From: an uncultured Isosphaeraceae bacterium
GTDB taxonomy: Bacteria; Planctomycetota; Phycisphaerae; Phycisphaerales; SM1A02
NCBI GenBank assembly: GCA_964555705.1
Contig: CAZKTN010000003.1
Coordinates: 55,062 to 119,061, forward strand
Direction: 5' to 3'
DNA: 64,000 bases
Below the pieces are notes generated by a model that saw only the letters and a program-made list of their open reading frames with translations, made no database searches and had not been told where the DNA came from. Each line of letters begins with the position of its first letter. Position 1 is the stretch's first letter. Both the position numbers and the translations under genes were made by a program. Below are positions 47,068-56,484 of the stretch, piece after piece.

Positions 47068-48585
47068 TCAACCTGACGTGCCCACAAGCGCACCGCGGCG
47101 GGCCGCGAGCGCCGCACGCGCCACGACGCGGTCGTCGAAGGGACGCCGCTCCGTGCCCACGATCTGGTAGTCCTCGTGACCCTTGCCGGCCACGATCACG
47201 GCATCGCCGGGCTTGGCGAGCTGCACCGCACGCGCGATTGCCGCTTCCCTGTCGAGCACGGACTCCACGTCCGCACAGCACGCCTCCGGAACGCCGGCGA
47301 GGATGTCCCGGACAATCGCCGCCGGGTCCTCCGTGCGCGGGTTGTCGCTGGTGACGATCACCGCATCGGAGTTGGCGCACGCCACGGCCGCCATCCGCGG
47401 TCGCTTGGTGCGGTCGCGGTCTCCGCCGCAGCCGAAGAGGGTGACGATGCGGCCGCCTGGCTCGAGGGTCTGTCGCACCGCGCGCAGCACGTTCAGGAGC
47501 GCATCGTCGGTGTGCGCGTAGTCGACGAGCACCGCGATGCCGTCGTCGGGCGTGCTGACGGGCTCAAGGCGTCCGGGCGGCGCAGTGCACGTCGACAGCG
47601 CGCGCTCGAGCGGGGCCGCTGGCACGCCGAGCGCCGACGCCACCGCCAGCGCCTGCAGCGCATTCATCGCGTTGTGCCTTCCCGCCAGCGGAAGGTCGAC
47701 GTCAAGAATGCCCCACGGGCCGTGCATCGCGCACACCATGCCGTCGGGACGCATGCGCCGGATGCGCACCATGCAGTCCGCCGATGCGTCGTCCATGCTG
47801 CATCGCACCACGCGCGCGGGGCAGTCGCGCACCATGCGCGCATGCGCCGGGTCGTCCGAGTTCACGATGGCCACCGCACCCTGCTCGAGCGAATCGAACA
47901 GCCGCGCCTTGGCTGCCGCATACGCATCCATCGAGCCGTGGTAGTCGAGGTGGTCGCCCGTGAGGTTGGTGAACACCGCGCACGCGAAGCTGATGCCGGC
48001 CACGCGCGACTGGTCGAGCGCATGGCTCGACACCTCCATCGCGGCAGCGGTGCACCCATGTCGCACCATGCGCGAGAGCAGGTCTGCGAGCTGGGTGGCT
48101 GAGGGAGTCGTCAGCGACGAGGGCCTCTCGCCGCGGCCGTCATCCGTCACGACCGTGCCTGCGAGGCCGCACTTGAGCCCCGATGCGCCGAGCAAGTGAC
48201 GCAGGAGGTACGTGACGGTTGTCTTGCCGTTGGTGCCAGTGACGCCCACCACACGCAGCCGGGCCGCCGGCCTTCCCGCTGCCTCATGCGCGAGCTCACC
48301 GATGAGCGCCGCACGCGATGCGTCGTACGTCACAAGCGCCGAGCCAGAGTCGACGAACGCAAGCACACGCTGCGCGTCGGACTCCGGCACTGCGACTCCG
48401 ACGGCGCCACGCGACAGCGCATCGCGCACGAACGCAAGCCCATCGAGCGCAGCACCTCGCCTCGCCACGAAGATCGTCCCTGGACCGGCAGCGCGCGAGT
48501 CATCTGTGACCGCAATGACATCGCGGTCACCGCCATGCACGCAGGTCATTCCATCGACACGTTGGCAGAGTTCAGACAGGCGCAT
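47068..48585 (-). CDS. murE: UDP-N-acetylmuramoyl-L-alanyl-D-glutamate--2,6-diaminopimelate ligase
   Basis: 505 aa. P-loop GVTGTNGKTTVTY, plus EVSSHAL, DYAHTDDAL and the DNPR motif (TSDNPRTEDP) associated with meso-DAP specificity. Confidence 0.9.
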   Translation of the reverse strand: MRLSELCQRVDGMTCVHGGDRDVIAVTDDSRAAGPGTIFVARRGAALDGLAFVRDALSRGAVGVAVPESDAQRVLAFVDSGSALVTYDASRAALIGELAHEAAGRPAARLRVVGVTGTNGKTTVTYLLRHLLGASGLKCGLAGTVVTDDGRGERPSSLTTPSATQLADLLSRMVRHGCTAAAMEVSSHALDQSRVAGISFACAVFTNLTGDHLDYHGSMDAYAAAKARLFDSLEQGAVAIVNSDDPAHARMVRDCPARVVRCSMDDASADCMVRIRRMRPDGMVCAMHGPWGILDVDLPLAGRHNAMNALQALAVASALGVPAAPLERALSTCTAPPGRLEPVSTPDDGIAVLVDYAHTDDALLNVLRAVRQTLEPGGRIVTLFGCGGDRDRTKRPRMAAVACANSDAVIVTSDNPRTEDPAAIVRDILAGVPEACCADVESVLDREAAIARAVQLAKPGDAVIVAGKGHEDYQIVGTERRPFDDRVVARAALAARRGALVGTSG

Positions 48586-48734
48586 CCTTGCGACTCCCTC
48601 CGAACTCTATCGGCAAAGTGGCTCTCGCGGGACCTCTGATCGCGCGCGATCTCGCGCATTTCGCCAGCTCAGCCGGAGGGTGCCCCACGAGCCCGCTTCA
48701 CCGCCCCGTGGGACCGTGCCGAGGCGCTCCGCCT

Positions 48735-49847
48735 CTAGGGCAGCACGAGCATCGCATCGCCGTAGGAGTAGAAGCGGTAGCCGAGCCGCTGCGCCTCCGC
48801 GTAGGTGCGCCTGAGCCGGTCCATCCCGACCAGCGCACCGACAAGTGCGAGAAGGGTCGACCGCGGCAGGTGGAAGTTGGTCATCAGGACATCCACCCAC
48901 CTGAACTCGAAGCCAGGCCTGATGAAGAGTTCGGTGCTGAAGTCGTGTACGGGGTCCGACCCACGCCCCCGCTCCACCAAGCCCCGCGAGGTGGCCAGCA
49001 TCGCCTCGGGAAGCGGTCGCGGAAGTGACTCCAGCACCCGTACCGAGGTCGTCCCAACAGCCACAAGCCTTTGTCCCGCATTGACTTGCGACAGATCAAG
49101 GGCCGCATTGGCCGGCAACCGGCATCGCTCGGAATGCATGGGATGTGATGCCACGTCATCAGCATCCACCGTCCGGAAGGTGCCAGGCCCCACCTGAAGT
49201 TCGACGTCGATCCGGCTTACCCCACGGCGGCCAAGCGCATCAAGGAGGTCAGGCGTGAAGTGAAGCCCTGCGGTTGGCGCGGCACAGCTCGGAAGGTCGG
49301 TCATGGCCGCATAGATCGTCTGGTAGGCCTGCCGATCGAGGGCATCCAGTACGTCATCCGCTGAGTGCCCCTCGCCCCGTGCCTCGAGGATGTACGGCGG
49401 AAGCGGCGTCCATCCACTGCGCTCGATGACCTCCGCAATCGGCTCACCGGCCACACTCTCAAGCAGCCACCCTATCCCTTCGCGGGCCACGAAGGCCAGC
49501 GCATCGGCGCCATCCCTCAGCTCGATCACATCGCCCGCCTTGAATCGCCTTGCGCCATGGATCAGCGCATGGGCGGCGGTCGGTCCACGGAACTCCAGCA
49601 GCAGCCCCTCGACGTTCCGGCCGTCTGACCTCCGTCGGCCCCGCAGCCTCATGGGTGCCACGCGAGTCGTGTTCAGCACCAGCCTGTCGCCCGCTCGCAG
49701 GTACTCGGGCAGGTCGCGCACGTGCCGGTGCTCAACCCTGTCATCCGCGCGGTGGAGCACCAGCATGCGTGCGGCATCGCGCGGCTCGGCGGGCCGGGTC
49801 GCGATGCACGCGGGGTCGAGCGGGTAGTCGAGTTCCTCAATCCGCAT
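48735..49847 (-). CDS. queA: S-adenosylmethionine:tRNA ribosyltransferase-isomerase
   Basis: ATG at 49847 (MRIEELDYPL...). Motifs: PPYI, APTAGLHFT, VGTTSVRVLES and TNFHLPRSTLLALV. Confidence 0.9.
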   Translation of the reverse strand: MRIEELDYPLDPACIATRPAEPRDAARMLVLHRADDRVEHRHVRDLPEYLRAGDRLVLNTTRVAPMRLRGRRRSDGRNVEGLLLEFRGPTAAHALIHGARRFKAGDVIELRDGADALAFVAREGIGWLLESVAGEPIAEVIERSGWTPLPPYILEARGEGHSADDVLDALDRQAYQTIYAAMTDLPSCAAPTAGLHFTPDLLDALGRRGVSRIDVELQVGPGTFRTVDADDVASHPMHSERCRLPANAALDLSQVNAGQRLVAVGTTSVRVLESLPRPLPEAMLATSRGLVERGRGSDPVHDFSTELFIRPGFEFRWVDVLMTNFHLPRSTLLALVGALVGMDRLRRTYAEAQRLGYRFYSYGDAMLVLP

Positions 49848-49865
49848 GGCGCATGACCATTGCAC

Positions 49866-50903
49866 TCAAGGGGCCGCGGGCGGCGCACTCCGCAGCGTCA
49901 CCACGCCCGACGCATGCAGTCGCCGGCCCCGCATCAGGTCAGCCAGCCGCATCGCCTTACCCCCGGGAACCTGCGCCTCGAGCACCTCGACCTCGCCTGC
50001 ACCGCACCTCACCGTACCGCGGTCGCTGACGAGACCGATCTCTCCGGCTGCGTGCGCCGGCTCCTCCGCCACAACCCGCGCACGCAGCAGCTTGACGGGC
50101 ACGTCCTCGGCGCCGGGAGCGCAGATCGCGGCATCGCAGCCTGGCCACGGCGAAAGCCCGTTGATGCGGGCACGCACCGCATCCGCCGGCAGCGTGAAGT
50201 CGACGAACGCGTCGGCGCGCGAGAGCTTCCGTGCGCGCGTCGCACCCGCCTCGTCCTGCACGTGCACCGGAAGCGATGCCATCGCGTCCGCGCCAGAGGC
50301 GCCGGGCATCGCATGCATGCGCGCCACCAGCGCGCGAAGCGTGCACACCATCGGCTCAGCGCCGATCTCGGCGAGCCGGTCGTGCAGCTCACCGGCATTC
50401 TCCGAATCGCCGACCTGCGTCGATGCCGTGGCGAACACCGGTCCTGCATCCATCCGGGGCGCGATGCCGATCACGCTCACGCCGACATCCCGCTCGCCCG
50501 ACATCAGCGCCCGCTGCACTGGCGCCGCACCACGCCACGCCGGCAGCAGCGAACCGTGAAGGTTGAAGGCTGCCATGCCCGCAAGCAGCGGTTCGCCGAT
50601 CTTCTGCCCGAAGGACACGATCACGAGGACGTGCGCGCGGACCTCCGAAATGCGCGCGAGCGACTCGGCGCCGTTCACGTCCGCCGTGCACCACAGCGGG
50701 AGCGCTGCGTCGCGCGCCCACTGCGAGACCGGTGTGGCCGTCGTCCTCAATCCGCGTCCGGACGGCCGGTCGGGCGCCGACACCACCAGCGCAACCTCCA
50801 GACCTGCCACTTCACCCGCCCGAATGCGCGTGAATGTCGGAAGTCCAAATGAGCCGCCGCCGAGCAGCACCGCCCTGAACGGTTCCTGAACAATCCCGCT
50901 CAT
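49866..50903 (-). CDS. fmt: methionyl-tRNA formyltransferase
   Basis: 345 aa. Motifs NLHGSLLPAWRGAAPVQRAL and the formyltransferase N- and C-terminal domains are present. The start overlaps the def stop (ATGA). Confidence 0.9.
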   Translation of the reverse strand: MSGIVQEPFRAVLLGGGSFGLPTFTRIRAGEVAGLEVALVVSAPDRPSGRGLRTTATPVSQWARDAALPLWCTADVNGAESLARISEVRAHVLVIVSFGQKIGEPLLAGMAAFNLHGSLLPAWRGAAPVQRALMSGERDVGVSVIGIAPRMDAGPVFATASTQVGDSENAGELHDRLAEIGAEPMVCTLRALVARMHAMPGASGADAMASLPVHVQDEAGATRARKLSRADAFVDFTLPADAVRARINGLSPWPGCDAAICAPGAEDVPVKLLRARVVAEEPAHAAGEIGLVSDRGTVRCGAGEVEVLEAQVPGGKAMRLADLMRGRRLHASGVVTLRSAPPAAP

Positions 50904-51415
50904 CGCGCTGCTGCGCTGGCCTCAAGCTGGCGCAGCGGCTTGCGGCTTGCGAGCCGGTCGATGGCCGACATCCGGTCGATGATGAGGATTCCGTCAAGAT
51001 GGTCGATCTCGTGCTGCCAGCATCGCGCGAGCAGTGCCGAGGAAGTGCATGTGAAGGGCTCGCCATCGATGCCTGTCGCGCGCACCGTCACGCTCGGCGG
51101 ACGCCGAATCGTGCCGCGAATGCCGGGTAGGCTCAGGCATCCCTCCTCGGAAGCCTCGAGGACACCCTCGCACGACACGATGACTGGATTGATGTACACC
51201 CGCTCGGGCGCGGATTCCTCATCCTGCGCCGCGGTCACGAAGATCCTGAGCGACTCGCCCACCTGCGGTGCCGCAAGCCCAACCCCGTCCTCCTCGCGCA
51301 TGATCCGCAGCATCTCATCGGCGAGCCCCCGGATCTCGGCATCGATGCCCGCCACGTCGCGCGCGCGCGCACGGAGCACCGGATCCGGATACGTCACAAG
51401 CTGCCGAGCGGCCAT
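50900..51415 (-). CDS. def: peptide deformylase
   Basis: 171 aa. All three signature motifs are present: GVGLAAPQVG, EGCLSLPG and QHEIDHLDG. Confidence 0.95.
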   Translation of the reverse strand: MAARQLVTYPDPVLRARARDVAGIDAEIRGLADEMLRIMREEDGVGLAAPQVGESLRIFVTAAQDEESAPERVYINPVIVSCEGVLEASEEGCLSLPGIRGTIRRPPSVTVRATGIDGEPFTCTSSALLARCWQHEIDHLDGILIIDRMSAIDRLASRKPLRQLEASAAAR

Positions 51416-51519
51416 TCACCAATCGTAGCCTCGCACGACACGCCCACCCACGCCCCAATCCGATAGGATTCGGCTTCCGGGCACGACGCCGCTGGCCGAG
51501 ACTGCCACGAGACCCGACC

Positions 51520-52983
51520 ATGATCTTCAACTGGAAAAAAGGAGAGTCGCAGCAGCCGGCCTTTGTCGCCCAGCCCGACAAGGCGCGCCCGTTCCTTGAC
51601 CGGGCCCGCGACGTCGCGGAGAAGGGCAACGCCACATACGCGCTGCAGCTCTTCGCCAACGCGGTCCGCTTCGACCCTGCCAACATCGCCATCCACGACG
51701 CGTTCTTCGAGTGCGCCAAGGTGTTCTTCTCCGCTGGCGGGACGCCGGCGAAGGCTGCTGACCTGAAGCAGCTCGAGAGCGCGACTGCCGTCGACCGGTT
51801 TGCGCAGGCCGAGTACGCATGGATGCGCGACCCCAACAGCACTGACCGTGCCCTCGAGCTTCTTGATGCCGCCGGCAAGGCTGGCCAGACGGAGTTCGGA
51901 GGATGGTTCGCGCCCAAGGCGCTCAACCTTGTGGCCACCTCGATGGCCAAGAAGCCCAACAAGAAGGTCTGGAAGCGGGCGAAGGACCTGTTCACCGTCC
52001 TGCAGGCCTGGAACGAGGCGTTCATCGCCGGCGAGCAGGCCGTGAAGCTCGACCCGGCTGACACCGAGCTCATCAACGACCTCAACCAGCTCACCGCCGC
52101 GCGCGCGATCCAGCAAGGCGGCTACGGCGAGGCCTCCGGCACCGAGGGCGGATTCCGCAAGAGCATGCGCGACGCCGACCGGCAGCGCGAGCTCGACGAG
52201 GGAGAGTCGGCCGCCGGATCGGGCAGCAGCGAGGAGCGCAACCTCGAGCTCCGGAAGAAGGCGTACCAGGAGAACCCGCTCGTGGCCGACAACGTCCTGG
52301 CCTACGCGCAGGCGCTGCGCAAGTCAGGCGACCCCGACCAGGAGAAGGTCGCCTACCAGGTCTACATGCAGGCGTGGACGGCGCTCAAGGAGTACCGCTT
52401 CAGGCAGGCCGCCGGCGAGATCAAGGTTGTGCGCGCCCGCCGGCAGCTGGCGGCCATCGAGGCCAAGGCCGCGCAGAACCCAGCCGATGCTGCTGCGCAG
52501 TCCGATGCCGCCAAGGCGCGGCGCGCTGTGCTCGAGCTCGAGATCGCCGAGTACAAGGACCGCGCCGCCGCCTATCCCACCGACCGGTCCCTGAAGTACG
52601 AGATTGGCCGCATCATGGCGGATCAGGGCAAGTCCGAGGAGGCGATGCCTTACCTGCAGCAGGCCAAGGAGGAGCCCAAGCTCCGCATGGCCGCAGCGCA
52701 CCTCCTCGGCCGCTGCTTCGCCGCCGAGAAGTGGTTCGTCGAGGCCGTCGAGGAGTACAAGGCGGCACTCTCGTGGATCGACTCGAGCCAGCCGGAGCGC
52801 GAGCTCGAGATCCGCTACGAGCTGATGCTGGCGCTGATGGAGCTTGCGCGCGCGGAGCGAAGCCTCCAGCATGCGAAGGATGCCGCCGAGACGTGCTCCG
52901 CCATCCTGCGCAAGGACATCGGCTACCGCGACATCCGCAACAGGCGCAAGGAGCTCGATGCCCTTGTGAAGGAGCTCGCGTGA
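51520..52983 (+). CDS. TPR-like helical repeat protein (hypothetical)
   Basis: 487 aa, Ala/Lys/Glu-rich and helical, with TPR-like segments (e.g. ALQLFANAVRFDPANIAIHD, AFIAGEQAVKLDPADTE, EAVEEYKAALSWID). The stop overlaps the kdsB GTG start (GTGA). Confidence 0.6.
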   Translation: MIFNWKKGESQQPAFVAQPDKARPFLDRARDVAEKGNATYALQLFANAVRFDPANIAIHDAFFECAKVFFSAGGTPAKAADLKQLESATAVDRFAQAEYAWMRDPNSTDRALELLDAAGKAGQTEFGGWFAPKALNLVATSMAKKPNKKVWKRAKDLFTVLQAWNEAFIAGEQAVKLDPADTELINDLNQLTAARAIQQGGYGEASGTEGGFRKSMRDADRQRELDEGESAAGSGSSEERNLELRKKAYQENPLVADNVLAYAQALRKSGDPDQEKVAYQVYMQAWTALKEYRFRQAAGEIKVVRARRQLAAIEAKAAQNPADAAAQSDAAKARRAVLELEIAEYKDRAAAYPTDRSLKYEIGRIMADQGKSEEAMPYLQQAKEEPKLRMAAAHLLGRCFAAEKWFVEAVEEYKAALSWIDSSQPERELEIRYELMLALMELARAERSLQHAKDAAETCSAILRKDIGYRDIRNRRKELDALVKELA

Positions 52984-53771
52984 GCCGCGGGCGCGACGCG
53001 TCCTCAGGCGCCGTCGCCGTCATCCCCGCCCGCTACGCGAGCTCGCGCTTCCCGGGCAAGCCGCTCGCGGCGCTCACAGGAAGGCCGCTCATCCAGCATG
53101 TCGTCGAGCGCGCACGCATGTGCCCAGGCATCTCACGCGTCATCGTCGCCACCGATGACCTCCGCATCCATGATGCCGTGCGCGACTTCGGGTGCGAGAC
53201 GATCATGACGCGCGCCGACCACCCCAACGGCACCAGCCGCATCGCCGAGGTCGCGCAGCACATCGACTGCGAGCTCGTCGTCAACATCCAGGGTGACGAG
53301 CCCGAGCTCGAGCCGGAGCTGGTGGAGCGCGCGATCGCTGCGCTGCACGCTGATCGCGATGCCGTCATCTCGACCGTCGCGAGCCCCTTCGGCGACGACG
53401 AGGACCCCTCAAACCCGAATGTCGTGAAGTGTGCGGTGTCGCTCAAGGGCCGTGCGCTGCTGTTCTCGCGAAGCGTGATCCCCTTCCACCGCGACGGGGC
53501 AATCGCGATGGAGTCAGGCGAGGAAGCGCCGCCACCCGCCGCACGCCCGCTCAAGCATGTGGGGCTCTACGTGTACAGACGGTCGTTCCTGCCGACCTTC
53601 GTGTCGCTCGAGCCCACTCCGCTCGAGCTCACCGAGAGCCTCGAGCAGCTGCGCGTGCTCGAGCACGGCTACGCGATCGCCGTCGCGCCCGGCGTCTCGC
53701 GCTCGCAGGGCATCGACACGCCTGAGCAGTACGCGGCGTTCGTGTCGCGCTGGCGCGCCGCGCACGGCTGA
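52980..53771 (+). CDS. kdsB: 3-deoxy-manno-octulosonate cytidylyltransferase (CMP-Kdo synthetase)
   Basis: GTG at 52980 inside track ORF 52374..53771. Motifs: VIPARYASSRFPGKPL, IVATDD, NIQGDEP and EQLRVLE. Confidence 0.9.
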   Translation: MSRGRDASSGAVAVIPARYASSRFPGKPLAALTGRPLIQHVVERARMCPGISRVIVATDDLRIHDAVRDFGCETIMTRADHPNGTSRIAEVAQHIDCELVVNIQGDEPELEPELVERAIAALHADRDAVISTVASPFGDDEDPSNPNVVKCAVSLKGRALLFSRSVIPFHRDGAIAMESGEEAPPPAARPLKHVGLYVYRRSFLPTFVSLEPTPLELTESLEQLRVLEHGYAIAVAPGVSRSQGIDTPEQYAAFVSRWRAAHG

Positions 53772-53775
53772 GCGG

Positions 53776-56448
53776 CTATCCGCGAATTGCCTTGGCCCAG
53801 CGCTCGGCGCGCTCGCGCCTGCGCGGGTCACGGTCGCTTGACGCAATCTGGTCGATCCGCGGCAGCGCGGCGGTCGCCTTCATGCCTGCGAGCGCCTGCC
53901 CTGCCGCGTCCGCCGACGATCGCTCGGGGTCGTCGAGCATCGCGATGAGCTGCGTCACGAGCGCCTGCCGGGCATCGGCCTCCGATTCGGGCGGCGCAAG
54001 CTTCGCCCATGCCGCGATCGCGCGCGGACGCATGCGGTCGAAGTGGCCCAGCTGCGCAAGCGACCCTACCGAGTCGCGGAGCGCCGTCATCTTGAGGTCG
54101 GCCGCCGCATCGATCGCCGCCAGCCGAAGCCGCTCGTTCGGCGATGGAGCGCCGAGCATCGCCGACACCGCCTCCGCCACGGCAGGCTCGTCCGTCACAG
54201 CCTTCCTGCATGCGTCGTCGCGCTTGGCGAGCTGCGCGAGCCCTGACAGCGCAGCGCCGCGCGTCGAGTAGCCGGGATCGCTGCGGGCCACCGCGACCAG
54301 CCACGGCATCGCCTCGTCGCACGGCTGGCTCGCCGACCACGCCTCGATGATCGCGCGCCGCACGCGCGGATCCGTCTCGCGCGGCGAACCGTCGGCCGCG
54401 AAGGCCGCGAGCGCGGCGGCCTTCACGATGGCCTTTGCCTCCGGCGATCCCATTCCGCCGAGCGCGGCGGCCGCCTCGATCCGCTGGGTGTGCCGCACTC
54501 GGGCGTCCATCAGGATCGCGCCGAGCGCATCGCGCGAGGCCGCCTCGTCGCGCGACGCCAGCGTGCGCATCGCCTGCCTCCGGCTCGCGCTCGTGGGTCC
54601 GCGCTGCGCCTGCGCAACAAGCCACGCGGTGGGCATGTCGACCTCAAGCACCTTGAGCACCGCAAGCTCCGGATCCACAGCGACCATCGTGGGCGGGCCG
54701 GCGAGCGGGAAGATCCCCACCGCGGCTGGCCCCTCCACAGGGATCGACATCGCCTGCATGGCGCCATCGACCTCGACCGCGATCGGCAGGTCGAAATGCC
54801 ACGCGGGCTGCGCATCGGTGACGGGCTGCGTCTGCGCGACGTCGATCTTGAGCGTTCGCGCCTGCGCGTCCCACACCGGCGTGACCTTCACGCGCGGTGT
54901 CCCCGGCGTGAAGCACCACTGGTCGAAGAACCTCTCGAGCGAGAGCCCGCTCACCTCCTCGAGCGCGCGGCGGAAGTCCACCGTCTCCACGAGCCCGTCC
55001 TTGTGGCGGTCCATGTAGATGTGCACGCCGCGCGTGAAGAGCTCCTCGCCGAGCATCAGCTTCAGCATGTGGAGGATGCTTGCCCCCTTCGGGTAGGGAT
55101 TCGCGCGGCGGCTGAAGGTCTCCCCAGGCTGCGCGTACATGCGCGAGCACATCGGGGTGTCGTTGTCGGGGCCGTCGCCGTTGGCGACGCGCGCCTGGTC
55201 CAGCATGCCATCCCAGTAGGCCTCAATGCCGTCGCGCTCGCGCGCCCACAGCACGGAGCCGTATGTCGCCCATCCCTCGTTGAGCCACAGGTGCTCCCAC
55301 GACCGGCACGTCACAAGGTCGCCAGTCCACTGGTGGCAGAGCTCGTGCGCGATCAGGCCGTCGAGGTCCGACTCGCTCATCGCGATCTCGTCGAGGATCG
55401 CTCCAGGATGCATCGTCGTCACCGACGTGTTCTCCATCCCGCCCGCGCCGAAGTTGCGCACCACGAGCTGGTCGTAGCGGTCCCAGGGGTAGTCCTCGCC
55501 GAAGATGCGGCTGAAGAGCACCATCATGCGGTCGGTGTTCGCGTAGGTGCCCTGCGCCAGGTGCGCCTTCGCGGGCGTCGTCCATACCTGCATGGGCACG
55601 CCGGACAGCGGCGCCGGGAGCGGAGTGCGCGTGAACTCGCCTGCGATGAGCGACACCAGGTACGGCACGTGCGGACGGGACTGCAGCCACTGCCAGCGCT
55701 CGCGGTCGCCGATCACCTCATGCTTCACCAGCTTGCCGTTGCCGCTGACGCTCACGCCGCGCGGTACGGTCACGCGCAGCTCGGTCGAGAGGCGGATGTT
55801 CGGGAAATCGTGGATCGGGAACCAGCCGCGGTTTGACTCGGGCTGACCTTGGGTGTGCAGCTCCGCGGCCTTGGGCGGATCCCCATCCACCCCGGGCGCT
55901 GCAGGCGAGAACGTCATTCCCTTCAGCGGGTCGCGGATCACGTACTCGACGACGACGGCCGTCTCGGCAGGCGACTCGCCCGGGGTTCCGGAGGCGGAGA
56001 GCGGCTGAGGGAACCGGATCTGCAGCACCTTGCCGTCATGGGAATGCTCGAGCGGCTCGAGCGACTCGCCCGATGGCAGCTCCTCATCGGAGCCTGCGTC
56101 TGGCGCACGGCCCTTCACGCGGCCAACGCTGACGATCTCTAGACCATCCGCGTCGAGCCGCAGCACATCGGCGGGCAAGCCGGACGGACGCACCACCAGC
56201 AGCGACCGCGCCTGCGCAACCCGCGAATCAAGGTCGGGGAAGTCCAGGTCCACGCGCATCCGAACCCACTCGACCCTCGGGGATGGAGGGAAGTTCTCGG
56301 TGCGGCCCGACTCCGACGACTGCGGTGTCACCGCATGCAGCGGCGCAGCAACACCCACGGGCAGCAGCGCCAGCGCCAGCACCGCGCCGACGACCCCAAT
56401 CCCACCCATCGACCTCAACCCAACGTTCCGATTTCCTTGGCGACTCAT
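53776..56448 (-). CDS. M1-family zinc aminopeptidase (aminopeptidase N-like) with C-terminal HEAT-like repeats, secreted
   Basis: ATG at 56448, or 56409. Signal peptide (GVVGAVLALALLPVGVAA), GAMEN-type motif GAGGMENTS, and zinc site HELCHQWTGD...WLNEGWATY. The part of the 1466-aa track ORF above 56448 is antisense to pyrG. Confidence 0.85.
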   Translation of the reverse strand: MSRQGNRNVGLRSMGGIGVVGAVLALALLPVGVAAPLHAVTPQSSESGRTENFPPSPRVEWVRMRVDLDFPDLDSRVAQARSLLVVRPSGLPADVLRLDADGLEIVSVGRVKGRAPDAGSDEELPSGESLEPLEHSHDGKVLQIRFPQPLSASGTPGESPAETAVVVEYVIRDPLKGMTFSPAAPGVDGDPPKAAELHTQGQPESNRGWFPIHDFPNIRLSTELRVTVPRGVSVSGNGKLVKHEVIGDRERWQWLQSRPHVPYLVSLIAGEFTRTPLPAPLSGVPMQVWTTPAKAHLAQGTYANTDRMMVLFSRIFGEDYPWDRYDQLVVRNFGAGGMENTSVTTMHPGAILDEIAMSESDLDGLIAHELCHQWTGDLVTCRSWEHLWLNEGWATYGSVLWARERDGIEAYWDGMLDQARVANGDGPDNDTPMCSRMYAQPGETFSRRANPYPKGASILHMLKLMLGEELFTRGVHIYMDRHKDGLVETVDFRRALEEVSGLSLERFFDQWCFTPGTPRVKVTPVWDAQARTLKIDVAQTQPVTDAQPAWHFDLPIAVEVDGAMQAMSIPVEGPAAVGIFPLAGPPTMVAVDPELAVLKVLEVDMPTAWLVAQAQRGPTSASRRQAMRTLASRDEAASRDALGAILMDARVRHTQRIEAAAALGGMGSPEAKAIVKAAALAAFAADGSPRETDPRVRRAIIEAWSASQPCDEAMPWLVAVARSDPGYSTRGAALSGLAQLAKRDDACRKAVTDEPAVAEAVSAMLGAPSPNERLRLAAIDAAADLKMTALRDSVGSLAQLGHFDRMRPRAIAAWAKLAPPESEADARQALVTQLIAMLDDPERSSADAAGQALAGMKATAALPRIDQIASSDRDPRRRERAERWAKAIRG

Positions 56449-56484
56449 CTTGATCGCCAACTGTACGGCGGGGTACGCTCCACC

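Noticed and set aside
48640-48653. Perfect 14-nt palindrome GATCGCGCGCGATC upstream of murE
   Set aside because: It could be an operator or a hairpin in the queA-murE spacer. It is a single copy in very GC-rich DNA with no second site or recognisable motif, which is too weak to call.
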